A stretch of 64,000 bases of DNA from Bilabrum cf. latius (Eukaryota). The stretch covers positions 186,001 through 250,000 of the forward strand of contig OZ237736.1 of assembly GCA_965178125.1 (NCBI GenBank), given 5' to 3'. Position 1 is the stretch's first letter; each line of letters begins with the position of its first letter. Under the pieces are notes generated by a model that made no database searches, was not told the DNA's origin, and saw nothing but the letters and a program-made list of their open reading frames with translations. Made by a program: the position numbers and the translations under genes. Positions 12,001 to 23,200 of the stretch are shown piece by piece.

Positions 12001-12597
12001 GAGCATGGGAATGGGGCCTCGAGCCAGGAACAGGAGCATGGGAATGGGGCCTCGAGCCAGGAACAGGAGCATGGGAATGGGGCCTCGAGCCAGGAACAGG
12101 AGCATGGGAATGGGGCCTCGAGCCAGGAACAGGAGCATGGGAATGGGGCCTCGAGCCAGGAACAGGAGCATGGGAATGGGGCCTCGAGCCAGGAACAGGA
12201 GCATGGGAATGGGGCCTCGAGCCAGGAACAGGAGCATGGGAATGGGGCCTCGAGCCAGGAACAGGAGCATGGGAATGGGGCCTCGAGCCAGGAACAGGAG
12301 CATGGGAATGGGGCCTCGAGCCAGGAACAGGAGCATGGTCGGGAGCAGGAGCAGGCAGGTGCGGATGGGACGGGGGCGCGTTGGGATTGGGCCCTGCATG
12401 GGGAGTACGATGCGTGCGCCCCCCGCTTGATGCTTGAAGCTGCAGCAGAATAGAGGCGGTTGACTGCCGCTGACGGCGTGGAGCAGTTGGGTGCGGCAGG
12501 TGCTGGCGTTGTCGGGTCCTTCGGACCAACTACCCTGCGTGCCTCCAGTGCGATTGCCGGACTTGAGGTGTTGCAAGATGAAAACGTTACATACTGA
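9067..12597 (+). CDS. Putative glycosyltransferase (GT92/DUF23-like, DxD motif) with N-terminal signal/anchor and an 11-aa repeat tract
   Basis: ORFs 9067, 9406, 10789 and 11527 share one frame and are joined by six TAGs (9328, 9352, 10780, 11257, 11410, 12451). Ends at TGA 12595. Motifs YLPQWAAHHARLGI and FDWQLVLDIDEYLI. Confidence 0.6.
11611..12336 (+). repeat. 33-nt tandem repeat x22 encoding (GNGASSQEQEH)n
   Basis: 726 nt = 22 x GGGAATGGGGCCTCGAGCCAGGAACAGGAGCAT; one unit carries CAT>CGT. Confidence 0.95.
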
Positions 12598-12925
12598 CTG
12601 ACGATTCGAAGACTCCGAGGTTGCACCCTACTGGACAAGCCCACGCCCGATGATCCGATCCCGCTCATCGTCATATCTCTTTGCGACCAAACATATCCCG
12701 TAGTTTCCTCACGACGTATTTGAATTCACTTGAAATATAGCTAATCATTGTCGATACACAGTATTTGGCAGGTAGGCGAGTTTCGTATCGTTTGGTCATC
12801 GCGTTGCGTACCAATGCGTAAATGCTTCTCCGTAGCTGCAACTTGAGCGCCATTTGACTCAGTTACAGCGATACACGGTCAGTGCTGGAGCCATCAAGGA
12901 AGTTGGTTTGGATTAAATTGTTGCC

Positions 12926-15900
12926 ATGCAACCGTCTCGGCGTGCCAAGGCTGCCATAGCACCGCCCTACCAGCTGGAGAACCCGGATATGCACGACACC
13001 TTGTGTCGCGTGGCAATGGTCGTTTACCACCACATCAAGCGGGGTGAATAGTAGGCTTGGCAAAGATACAGGTGTCGCGGAGCATGGGACCCAGGTCGCT
13101 CGCCTAAGGTAGAACAGGGTCTCGACGACCTGTCTCCCGAGCTTGAAGAATCCATTCGACTGCTTGCAAAAGTCGCCAGTGGTGGCCCGCAGGCAGGCAG
13201 TGCATTATTGAAGTTGTAGTAGCACTAGATGGGCGCTCGATAGACATAGAGCCCGCGAGAGGCGGTCAGGTCGGGCGAGCACCGTAATGGTGCAATGATC
13301 TTGTCGCCTCAGACCCAAGCGAGCACCGCCTCGGACGGCCGAAGCCTCGTGCACTCGGGCAGGTATTCTTAGGGGTCTCGAGCCATGACGGCGGAAGACA
13401 GCGGTTTCCGTGGGACGGCGATGCCTGATCTGCAGCTTGACGGCGCTCCCGGAAGTCGAGGTGGTTCCGGCACTGGATTGGCCGCCAAACCCGCCGTTTC
13501 CAGTGCAGGAAGAGGTGCATCGGACTCGGGGTACGTACCCCAAGCTCCATCGCTTGGCGGCCAGTTGTCCGGCGCTGCAGTCCCAATCAGCGGGATGCGG
13601 GCCCCACGCCCCGCAGGCCATACAGCCGTCTGGTCCGCCCGGGCGGGAGGTCTACAGCCCTAGATTGGGAGCACTGGCTCCGGATCCCATCAGCAGGAGG
13701 TGCCCGTTGGCAGCCTGCAGCAGTCGTCTTGGCACGGCCCCGCCCTCCTGCAGGCGGCACGCAGGGCCGTGGAGCCCCAGCAGCAGCAGGGCAAGGGTCA
13801 CGTGGATGGCGCGGCCGGATCCCAGACTGGCGCAGGCAGCGGTGCTGGGCTCCTCTCTGTGATGAGGGAGCCCGTTGTTCCCTAGAATGGAACGTCTTCT
13901 CTTGCGCACAGCCAGCAAGCAGCCGCGCGACCGATGGACACTGGCGGTGGGCTGGCCCTGCCATCCAGTAGCGCTGCAGCAGGGGCATCCCGACTAGCCC
14001 CTGCTTCCATTCCATCTCGCGGCGTGCCGGCTCAAGGCAAGAAGAAGAAGCCGCGGCCAGTCACCAGGGCCGGGCGACAGGGCCGCGCAGGCCTCCAGCC
14101 GGGCGGCAACGGGAATGCCGTCACCCAGAGGAGGCGCAGCCGCCTTGCACCGAGCCGGCCTCCCGCCCCTCTCCCGGCCAGGGAACAATCCGTGCTGGAC
14201 GAATCGAAGGAGGATCCGCTGGAAAGGGCTAGATCGAGCGGAGCACATGCTCTGCCCGATGGAGAAAACAAGCAGGCAATCGCTGCAGGGGCATCAGATG
14301 CGCCCTCACACTTGGCGACATCTACGCCGGCCAACTCCATTCTGGCTCCCCTGGGCCCGGACACAGAGCTGGACGTGTCGCTGCAGAGCGCAGGAGAGGG
14401 TACAGCAGAGAGCAACTCGGGCGCACCCGGTGGTGCAGCCAGCAGTGCTGCTCTCTCCGGAGTGAAGCGAGATGTAGCCGCAGGTGTTGCCGCACTCTCA
14501 CCTGGCACAGGGGGCCGGTCAGGCGCACAGCCAGGCACGTACGACCTGGAGTCAGGGAACGGAGGCTTGGCCTAGGATCAAAACCATGGCGTACAACCTA
14601 ACCGATCGATCGATGCAAGCATCCACCTTACCGGAATAGACACCACCGGTGGACTTGACTCCACGGGTGGTTTCGGGGGCGGCAGCGAGCTGAGCGAGGG
14701 CAGCGGGCTGCTGGATGACACGGTTGCCTCGGGTTCCGGCTCTGCCTCGGACGGCTGGCCGCTCAGCTCGCCGGATGCCGCTGCAAATGGCCGCAGTCCT
14801 CGCGCAACCGCGAGCCCTGGCCTCAGCTGGTGGCAGCGGGTCGCCCGGCAGGTGTTTTGCTGCGGCTGCTGCTCGCGGCGTGGAGCTGATACGGACAGTG
14901 AAGGCGGTTCCTCCTCGCCTCGGAGAAATAAAGGCAGGCGCCGTTTGAAGAACAAGAGGGGAAAGAGACGGAGGAAATCAGGAAAGTCCAAGCGCCAGGA
15001 CGGCTTCTAGAGCGATTCCACTGACGACAGCTGGGTGCAGGGCAAGTACGGCGGCGGGAGCAGCGCCTGGTCCGTCGCTGGGGATAGCCATGCCGGGGCG
15101 GATACGGGCGGCAGGGAGCACGGCGGAGGGGCCGCTGGCTCTGCCGGTGAACCGGGGTCAATCAACGGCAGCGGGGCCAGGGGCGGACCCCAAGGAGGGG
15201 ACGGACGGGGGGGCATCGTGGTAGGGTCCGTGGCCGGGACCCCCTTCCTGCTGGCCAGGTCGCACTCTCTCCTCCGAAGCAGGCCCAGGGGCCGGAAGGG
15301 GGCAGCCTCCGCAGCGAGACGGTCGAGGCAGCCCAGTACGACCAGCAGCGCAGGCATCGGGGCTGCGGACGGCGGGCTTGTGCAGCAAGAGACGCCTTCC
15401 ACGGCCGCTCTGCAGCGCTGGTGGGGCCCCGATGATCCATGGGAAGGCCTTCCAGCCGAGACCCACGCGTTTCACGAGCGGAATTACCTAGTTCCGTGCT
15501 ACCGCTACGTGATGGCTCCATCCCCTGGCGTGCTGCTGGGAGGTGCAGGCGCCCATGCAGTGCAGAGGGTGCGTCGGCGGTGGAGCGTGCCCACGCCCGG
15601 GGAGATCTTCGCCTTTGCTGCCCGGCTGTGCCTCCTCGCCCAGCTCACGCCCGAGTGTCCCATCGTCTGCCTCGTGTACCTTGAGCGGGTGCTCCAATCC
15701 AGCGGTGGACGCGTGCTCCTGCTGTCCTGCACTTGGAGGCCTCTCGTTGCCGGCTGCCTGCTGCTCGCCAGCAAGGTGTGGCAGGACCTGAGCACGTGGA
15801 ACGCCGAGGTGGCCGGGATCCTGGGGCTCTACCCGCTGCCCGAAATGAACCTGCTGGAGCGACGGCTCGTTGCCGCCCTCCGGTTCCGCTTGTTCGTGGC

Positions 15901-17125
15901 GCCACGCAGCTACGCGCAGGCCTACTTTGGCCTGCGAAGCCTCGGTGAGCGCGCGAGATTCAGGAAGGACAAGTTTCGGCAGTTCCTGGCAGCAGCTCTG
16001 CCGGATGGGTATGGTCACGGCGTGGGAGCCAAGGGCCCCGCAGCTGGGCCAGTAGGCGGCAGCAAAGGCGCTGCGATGTCGAGGCAGCAAGGAGATGGAC
16101 TGGAGGAGAAAGGCAGTCGGAGCAAGGGCACCGGTGCAGCAGGCGGGGCTGCTGGTGGGGATGCAGGCGGCAAGGGGGCAGGGATGCCGAGGGGGGCTGT
16201 GGATCGGAGCGTGTCGTTCGCCACTTCCGTGTACGGCTGGGGCGATAGCTCGGTGCTGACTGCCCCCACAATTGCGGGGCCCAAGGCCAGGGGCAAGGCG
16301 CTGGAGAGGGCTGCAGCTGCGGCTGCTGCTGCTAGCGGTGGTGAAATGGCCAGCGGCAGTGGGGGTGGAGGGGGCAGGCATGGCACTGGCGGGGCGGACG
16401 GGGGTTCCGTTGCGGGCGGGTCGGTCCGTGATCAGGTGCTCCTTGGGTACGAAGGCAAGGGGCTGCGGGGCAGGGCGTACAGGTCGGGTGCATGGGACGG
16501 TGCTGCTAGTTTGGATGGAGGCGGCAACGATGAGGAGGAGGAGGAGGAGGAGGAGATGGTCAGGACGCAGGATTCGAGGCATGGCGAGCTGACCGGCGGG
16601 GAAAGCGACTTGATGGGTGCATGGGGTGCTCCTGGGAATGCCACAGCGAGCGAGTGGGACGAGGACGGGGACAGGGACAGATCGGGGGCGGGTGCGGGTC
16701 ATGGGCATCATGCCACCAGAGGGGGTGCGGGTGTCGGCACCGCCGCGAGATCTCGCATGGGCGTGCCGATTGCGATCACGAGAGGCAGCAACCGTGTAGC
16801 CGAGAGCTCCGGCCAGGACATGATGCAGGCAGTGGAGGCCGAGGGAGAGTACGGCTCTGCGCAGCTTCGCGGGCTTGGCGTGTCGCGCGGCATGGAGTCG
16901 TTCAATTTCTCGTACGGGCCGCTCGCGCAGAGGGAGAGCGGGAGGGCGAGCACGCCTGATGTATCGCAGCAGGACGTGTCTGGCCTTTCAACCACGGCTC
17001 CTGCTCGGCCTCCCGTGCTTCTCAGGAGGGCGCAGTCAGCCGCGGGTACGGCCGGCATGCACGGGCTGGCTTCGGCTTCGGGCTAGGGCCAGGCGGGACC
17101 GTTCGGCAGCTTGCCAAGGAAATGA
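12926..17125 (+). CDS. CCNY: Cyclin-Y-like protein with long low-complexity insertions (1399 aa)
   Basis: Single 4200-nt frame from ATG 12926 (in-frame TAA just upstream at 12914) to TGA 17123, with 13 internal TAGs. N-terminal ENPDMHDTLCRVAMVVYHHIKRG and cyclin box TPECPIVCLVYLERVL..WRPLVAGCLLLASKVWQDLSTWN..EMNLLERRL..YAQAYFGLRSL both resemble cyclin Y. Confidence 0.8.
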
Positions 17126-17239
17126 CAAGGGATTCCCGACTTGCTTGAATAAGCATCAATCACCCGTAGTGCGTAAGTCTACGATTCGAAATATAGCTCT
17201 TGATGGCTGACCTTTCATCACAAAGAACTAGCGATGCAC

Positions 17240-18522
17240 TCACCGGTCGCTCTGCCCGAATTGCCCAAAAAAGTCCGCCGTCACCCCCGAAGCCTTCCTC
17301 TCCTCTTTTTCCGCCCTCTCTCTTGCCCTCCTCTCGTCCTGCTGCTTGGCCAGGGCCTGAAGATACTGCTGCTTCTTCCTCTGCTCGTTCCTCTTGGCCT
17401 CGAGCTCGTGCCGCTTGACCGCTGCCAGCTGCAGCTGCCGCTCCCGGAGCGCCGCCTCGTCAGCCGCCCTCTCCCTCCGCTTTTCCTCCTCCTTCTCCCT
17501 CGCCTGCTGCAGCATTGCCTCGGCCGCAGCAGCTCTCGCGTCAAATCCACGCCCCCGGAAGTAGTCGGGCCGGATGCGGCCGGGCCCCAGCGCAGATTCC
17601 GCGTCCTCCATCTTCTGGTCCAGTATGCCGGGCAACGTGCCCGCCATGCCCGCCTCGTCTGCCCGTCTCTCCTCCTCTGCCCTCCTGCTAATCTCCCTCT
17701 GTTTCTGCAGTGCCAGCCTCTGGTTTGCCTCTCTCACAGCGTCCCTTCTCTCCTTGGACCTCCGCTCCTCCTCCGCCCTGAAGGCATCCCTCTGCTCGCA
17801 GAACGTGTCCAGCTTCTCCCTCTCCCTCCTGTCCTCCTCCATGCGGGCCTCCTCCTCCCTGCGGCGGGCCTCCTCGCCCTCCAAGCACCAGCGGCGCATC
17901 TGTGCGGCCTGCAGCGCGCCGCGTTCGGCGGCCCTGCCGTCCTCCCCCGCGAAGACCTGCGCGGACGAAGGCCCGAGACTGGGATCGGCGTCCGCGCCGA
18001 CGCCTCGCAAAGGTTTGGATGCTTTCAGTTCCGCTGCCACTGGCCCCGTGGGCTCTCCCGCGGAGCGGGCGGCTCGCTGCTGGGCGAGCTAGCGGCTTCT
18101 GGCCTTTGCAATGGCGCGACCCTGCGCCTTCCTGGCGAGCTCCTGCTCAGCCTCAAACTTTGCAACTGCTCGCATCATGTTCTGTCTCTCTTCAGCTGCG
18201 GATTTCACAATTTAAGAACATGAACCGGTGTAAGTTGCAGTTGCGCGCCACCCGATTCAGTCGCAATTCAGCAGGCTTTGCCACTGGGTGCCTTACCTTC
18301 GATACGCTCCCTCTCCGCTTCTGCTTTTTTTCGTTCCTACTTCTCCCTAATTTGCTACTCGAGGAAAGCCTGGTCTCGCCCCATCGTTCTTAGCCCGGGG
18401 TCCAAAAATCGTTGCCGTCGGGCCTCTTTGCGAGCCCGCAGGGCTTCGATTCTCTTGGCATCCCGCTCTTCCAGAGAGAGAACGCTAGTTTGACTCCTAT
18501 GAGTAAGATCAAGCGCCGACAT
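17240..18522 (-). CDS. RIB43A: RIB43A-like flagellar microtubule inner protein (2 exons: 18522-18297, 18195-17240)
   Basis: RFLDPGLRTMGRDQAFLE[TAG]QIREK, GPSSAQVFAGED, RPDYFRG and C-terminal DFFGQFGQSDR are RIB43A hallmarks. Three TAGs; ends at TGA. Confidence 0.8.
18196..18296 (-). other. Spliceosomal intron (GTAAG...GCAG), phase 1
   Basis: Joins the RIB43A N-terminal exon in frame to the 17240..18040 ORF frame. Confidence 0.75.
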
Positions 18523-18669
18523 AGCACAAGCTAAGCCAGGATTGCGTGAAGTTCGTTCCAGTTCCGTTGATACGCGAACCCCACGTTACATTTAAAATCG
18601 AGGAAAATGTGATTTTTGGAGCACGTCTTCTCGGGCTGCAAACTTTGATTGTCCGGTCATCTTGGCAGT

Positions 18670-19837
18670 ATGGCGGCAACCGCGGCTAGGTTGCTTAACA
18701 GGCTTGCAATTGGATCCACTGTGTTGGGTGTAGGCGGATTTGCTTTGTCGAATTGCTTGTATAATGGTGAGGCAACCTGTTGTGCTCAGCTGTTTCCAAT
18801 GGCTTCTATGCTTAGTTTGCAGGTTCTGATTTCTCCTACGCGCGATAATCTTGCGTTTCATACATACCATGTTACAACTAGTGGCCTGTAGTGGCCCTAA
18901 AATGTCTCGAAGTCGTCCACATGAAGACTACGTGGACGCTTTGGACTGCTCTCACGCGTCGCCGCCAAGCCACTTGGTCGACTTTGTAGAGATCTATCCA
19001 GCTCAATGAAATCAAAATATGTATGTTGTTCCCTTCCATCCTGTTTCTGCTCGCTTCTTTGCAGTGGATGGTGGGCATCGCGCCGTGATTTGGGACCGGT
19101 TCAATGGTATCCAGCCCGGCGTGTACGGCGAGGGCACGCATTTCCGAATCCCTCTCCTCCAGTATCCTACCGTATTTGATGTTCGCCTGAGGCCCAGAGT
19201 GATCTCCACGCGAACAGGAACGAAGGATTTGCAGCAGGTCTAGATCGCCTTGCGAGTGCTCGCCAAGCCCGAGGTAGATGCTCTGCCCTCCATCTACAGG
19301 CAGTACGGCGAGGACTACTAGGAGCGTGTCCTGCCCTCTATCATCAACGAAGTGCTCAAGGCCACCGTGGCGCAGTTCGATGCCGAGCAGCTGCTCACCC
19401 AGCGCGACCGCGTGTCCCGCCGCATCCGCGAGACGCTTGAGGAGCGCGCCAAGGAATTCAACCTCATGCTGGACGACGTGTCCATCACCCACCTTGCCTT
19501 CGGCAGGGAGTTCACCCGCGCCATCGAGCACAAGCAGGTGGCCCAACAGGACGCCGAGCGCTCCAAGTTCGTGGTCATGCAGGCCGAGCAGGAGAAGAAG
19601 GCAGCCGTGATCCAGGCAGAGGGCGAGGCGGAGGCAGCGCGCCTCATCTCCGACTCGCTGGCCAAGCACGGTGACGCGGTCATCGACGTGAAGAGGATCG
19701 AGGCATCCAAGGAGATCGCGGCCACGCTGTCCCAGTCCCCCAACGTGGTGTACCTGCCCGGCTCGAGCGGTGGTGGCGCAGCCAGTGGCGGGGGCAGCGG
19801 GTCTCCGTCTCTGCTGCTGAGCGTGGGACGCAGGTGA
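18670..19837 (+). CDS. PHB1: Prohibitin 1 (2 exons: 18670-18766, 19065-19837)
   Basis: [37 protein letters not shown][TAG]IALRVL, GEDY[TAG][40 protein letters not shown]. Ends at TGA. Confidence 0.95.
18767..19064 (+). other. Spliceosomal intron (GTGAG...TTTGCAG), phase 1
   Basis: Removing it restores the conserved [12 protein letters not shown] motif of prohibitin. Confidence 0.9.
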
Positions 19838-20242
19838 TCAAGTGGGTGCTGCAATCATGGCCCTCTTTGGGGTCTTGTCGGATAGATTTGGTTTGGCGTG
19901 CACAGGAATCTGTGGTGTGTGACACAGCGACAGGACAAATTTTGAGATTCACTGATGACCACTACTCAATGTAAATCGACCCAGAGAACAAGAGCCAACT
20001 ACCACGGGTGCAACTTCAAGATCCGGATGGAGTCAGCCTAGTCTACAGGGGTCACGTCGTACTGCCAGTTCTATCCGATGGATGAGCCTCAGCCAGCCCT
20101 AACTCTCACACTGAATCTATCGAACCTGATACCGGGTGCAAGCACGAGCGTCCTGCTTCTGCCGCATCCACCCGATCCGGATCTGCTGGATCGGGTAAAC
20201 CGCCTGGGATCCTTTCGGGTCATCCTGCCCTTATGCACCTTC

Positions 20243-23200
20243 TCACATGGCCCCGCCCATCCCGTCCATGTACCTCTGGGCCTCCTCCATCCTGCCCTCA
20301 TCCACCAGCATCCCCACCAGCGCCTGCACCGTATGCCTCTACTCCTGGCTCTGCTTGCCCTTCTGCATGGCGATGGCCTCCTCTAGGTGGATCAGCACTT
20401 CGATAGTGTGTGATCGAGGCATAGTTGAAGCTCGGCAGGTCTGTAGCATGTTGTTCAATACAATGGCATAATTAGGGTGTTGCTTGCCCAGCGCGGTCTC
20501 GAAGATCTGCCTGCATTGCTCATACAGCTCCATGGCCTCGCTGTACCGGCCCTACGACTCCAGACACCCAGCCATATTGTTCAGCGTGGTGGCGTATGAG
20601 GGATGCTGATTGCCCAGCGCGGTCTCCTCGATCTGCCTGCATTGCTCATACAGCTCCATGGCCTCGCTGTACTGGCCCTGAGACTTACGACATGCAGCCA
20701 TATTGTTCAGCGTTGTGGCGTAGGAGGGATGCTGCTTGCCCAGCGCGGTCTCCTCGATCTGCCTGCATTGCTCATACAGCTCCATGGCCTCGCTGTACTG
20801 GCCCTGAGACTTAAGACATGCAGCCATGCTGTGCAGCGTGGTGGCGTAGGAGGGATGCTGCTTGCCCAGCGCGGTCTCCTCGATCTGCCTGCATTGCTCA
20901 TACAGCTCCATGGCCTCGCTGTACTGGCCCTAGGACTAGAGACACCCAGCCATATTGTTCAGCGTGCTGGCGTACTCGGGATGCTGCTTGCCCAGCGCGG
21001 TCTCCTCGATCTGCCTGCATTTCTCATACAGCTCCATGGCCTCGCTGTACTGGCCCTAGGACTAGAGACACCCAGCCATGTTGCTTAGCGTGGTGGCGTG
21101 CTCGGGATGCTGCTTGCCCAGCGCGGTCTCCTCGATCTGCCTGCATTGCTCATACAGCTCCATGGCCTCGCTGTACTGGCCCTGGGACCTGAGACACTCA
21201 GCCATGTTGTTCAGCGTGCTGGCGTACTCGGGATGCTGCTTGCCCAGCGCGGTCTCCTTGATCTGCCTGCATTGCTCATACAGCTCCATGGCCTCGCTGT
21301 ACCGGCCCTAGGACTAGAGACACCCAGCCATGTTGTACAGCGTGGTGGCGTACTCGGGATGCTGCTTGCCCAGCGCGGTCTCCTTGATCTGCCTGCATTG
21401 CTCATACAGCTCCATGGCCTCGCTGTACTGGCCCTAGGACTCCAGACACACAGCCATGTTGCCTAGCGTGCTGGCGTACTCGGGATGCTGCTTGCCCAGC
21501 GTGGTCTCCTCGATCTGCCTGCATTGCTCATACAGCTCCATGGCCTCGCTGTACTGGCCCTGGAACTCCAGACACACAGCCATGTTGTTCAGCGTGCTGG
21601 CGTACTCGGGATGCTGCTTGCCCAGCGCGGTCTCGCGGATCTGCCTGCATTTCTCATACAGCTCCAGGGCCTCGCTGTACTGGCCCTAGTATCTGAGACA
21701 CACAGCCATGTTGCCCAGCGTGGTGGCGTAAAAGGGATGCTGCTTGCCCAGCGCGGTCTCCTCGATCTGCCTGCATTGCTCATACAGCTCCATGGCCTCG
21801 CTGTACTGGCCCTGGGACTTGAAATTGCTAGCCAATTTAAAGAGAGCCGATGCGAACACTATCCAAACTTCGCTCGATTTGCCGTTGGCAACGTCTATTG
21901 CTTTGGCATCGCATTCAAGTGATAAGCAAGCCATGCCCATGCATCCAAGCCCGGCGGATCGTGTGGATATCCCTCGAAGCACTTCCTGAACGCCACTCAC
22001 ATCTGCACCTCCGACCCGCTGCATGCGCGCCAGCTCTACAACAACTGCAATTGCACCCTCGGATGGCTTGCTGCGGTGGACGCCACCGGCAGCCGCAAGA
22101 TTAGTGCCTACACAGGAGTGAGATGAGATTCCAATTCGGTCCACATCCTGTCCAGTATGCGAGACCCTGTGCATGTATGAAGCCCCTGAGTCTACCACAC
22201 CAGCTCGAGCGAAATACTGCGCAACGTCTGCAACGCCTCGAAACATACTCTTGACTCGAGCGCTACAGTGAAGTGTCTCCAATGCATCCCGGTCGGAAGA
22301 GAGCCACGGTCTACAGCTGCATCCAACAGCTAGTATCGCCTGCGATGATTCCAGGTCGCCCTTCAGCTGATCCACGAGAAGACGCACATGCCTCAGCCCC
22401 AGCCCAAACGAATGCATCACGCGCTTCAGCACGCCACGATGCACATCGAAATCAGCCTGCACATCCACATCCACAGTGCGACACACCTCCAGCGCCAGCT
22501 CATCGCGGTACCGATCCACAATCTCAGCACGAGCCTTTGCATACAGCTTCCCGATGCATTCTCGAGCTCGTGACCTGGCCCCGACATCTCCTGCCATGAT
22601 CAGGTCAGGGCTCAGGCCCTCGAATGTATCATCGCCCTCCAGCTCCCGCAGCCGATGCGCGGCCTCGGGGGGCAGCAAGCACGTCATGGCCACATTGCCA
22701 GAGTAGTACCACCGGGGACATGCCACGATCGCAACCATGACCACCTGCCTGCTGCTATCCTTGGCGATGGCACTGACACAGCCCGTGTCCAAATGGCGCT
22801 GCATGTCATCGGGCAGGAAGCGAATCCCATCCTAGCCATCAATGGAGTCGCACCAGCGCTGCAGGGCACCTGACAGGCGAGAAAATGACAACACTTTTGA
22901 TGTTCTCTCCTCGTCCCTGATGATGCAGAATGAGTCCAGCTGACCATGACACGTAGCAGGATCAATACTGGGATCAGCAGAAGCCCCGCGTGTCGTATCG
23001 ATCGCCCACACCTGCGGCTTTGCCTCATCCGACTCCATCCAGTCCATCCACACCACATCAGGAATCAGCAGCCGGTGCGTGTCCAGCACCACCCGCTGCC
23101 CGCTGGTCAGCTGATGCACCTCCACGTCGAATGGAAGATGCATGTTGACCTTCATTCCGTGCTTCTGATCGCACACGTGCTCCACATTAGGCAGTGGCTT

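Noticed and set aside
11611-12336. CRISPR array
   Set aside because: The 33-nt units are head-to-tail with no unique spacers, are in frame within a CDS, and lie in a eukaryotic context.
12671-13063. Small minus-strand ORFs
   Set aside because: They are short with no motifs, and one overlaps the plus-strand cyclin N-terminus.
13229-13250. MGARQT N-myristoylation start for the cyclin-Y-like protein
   Set aside because: The frame stays open upstream to ATG 12926 and includes a cyclin-Y-like motif, so this Met is probably internal.
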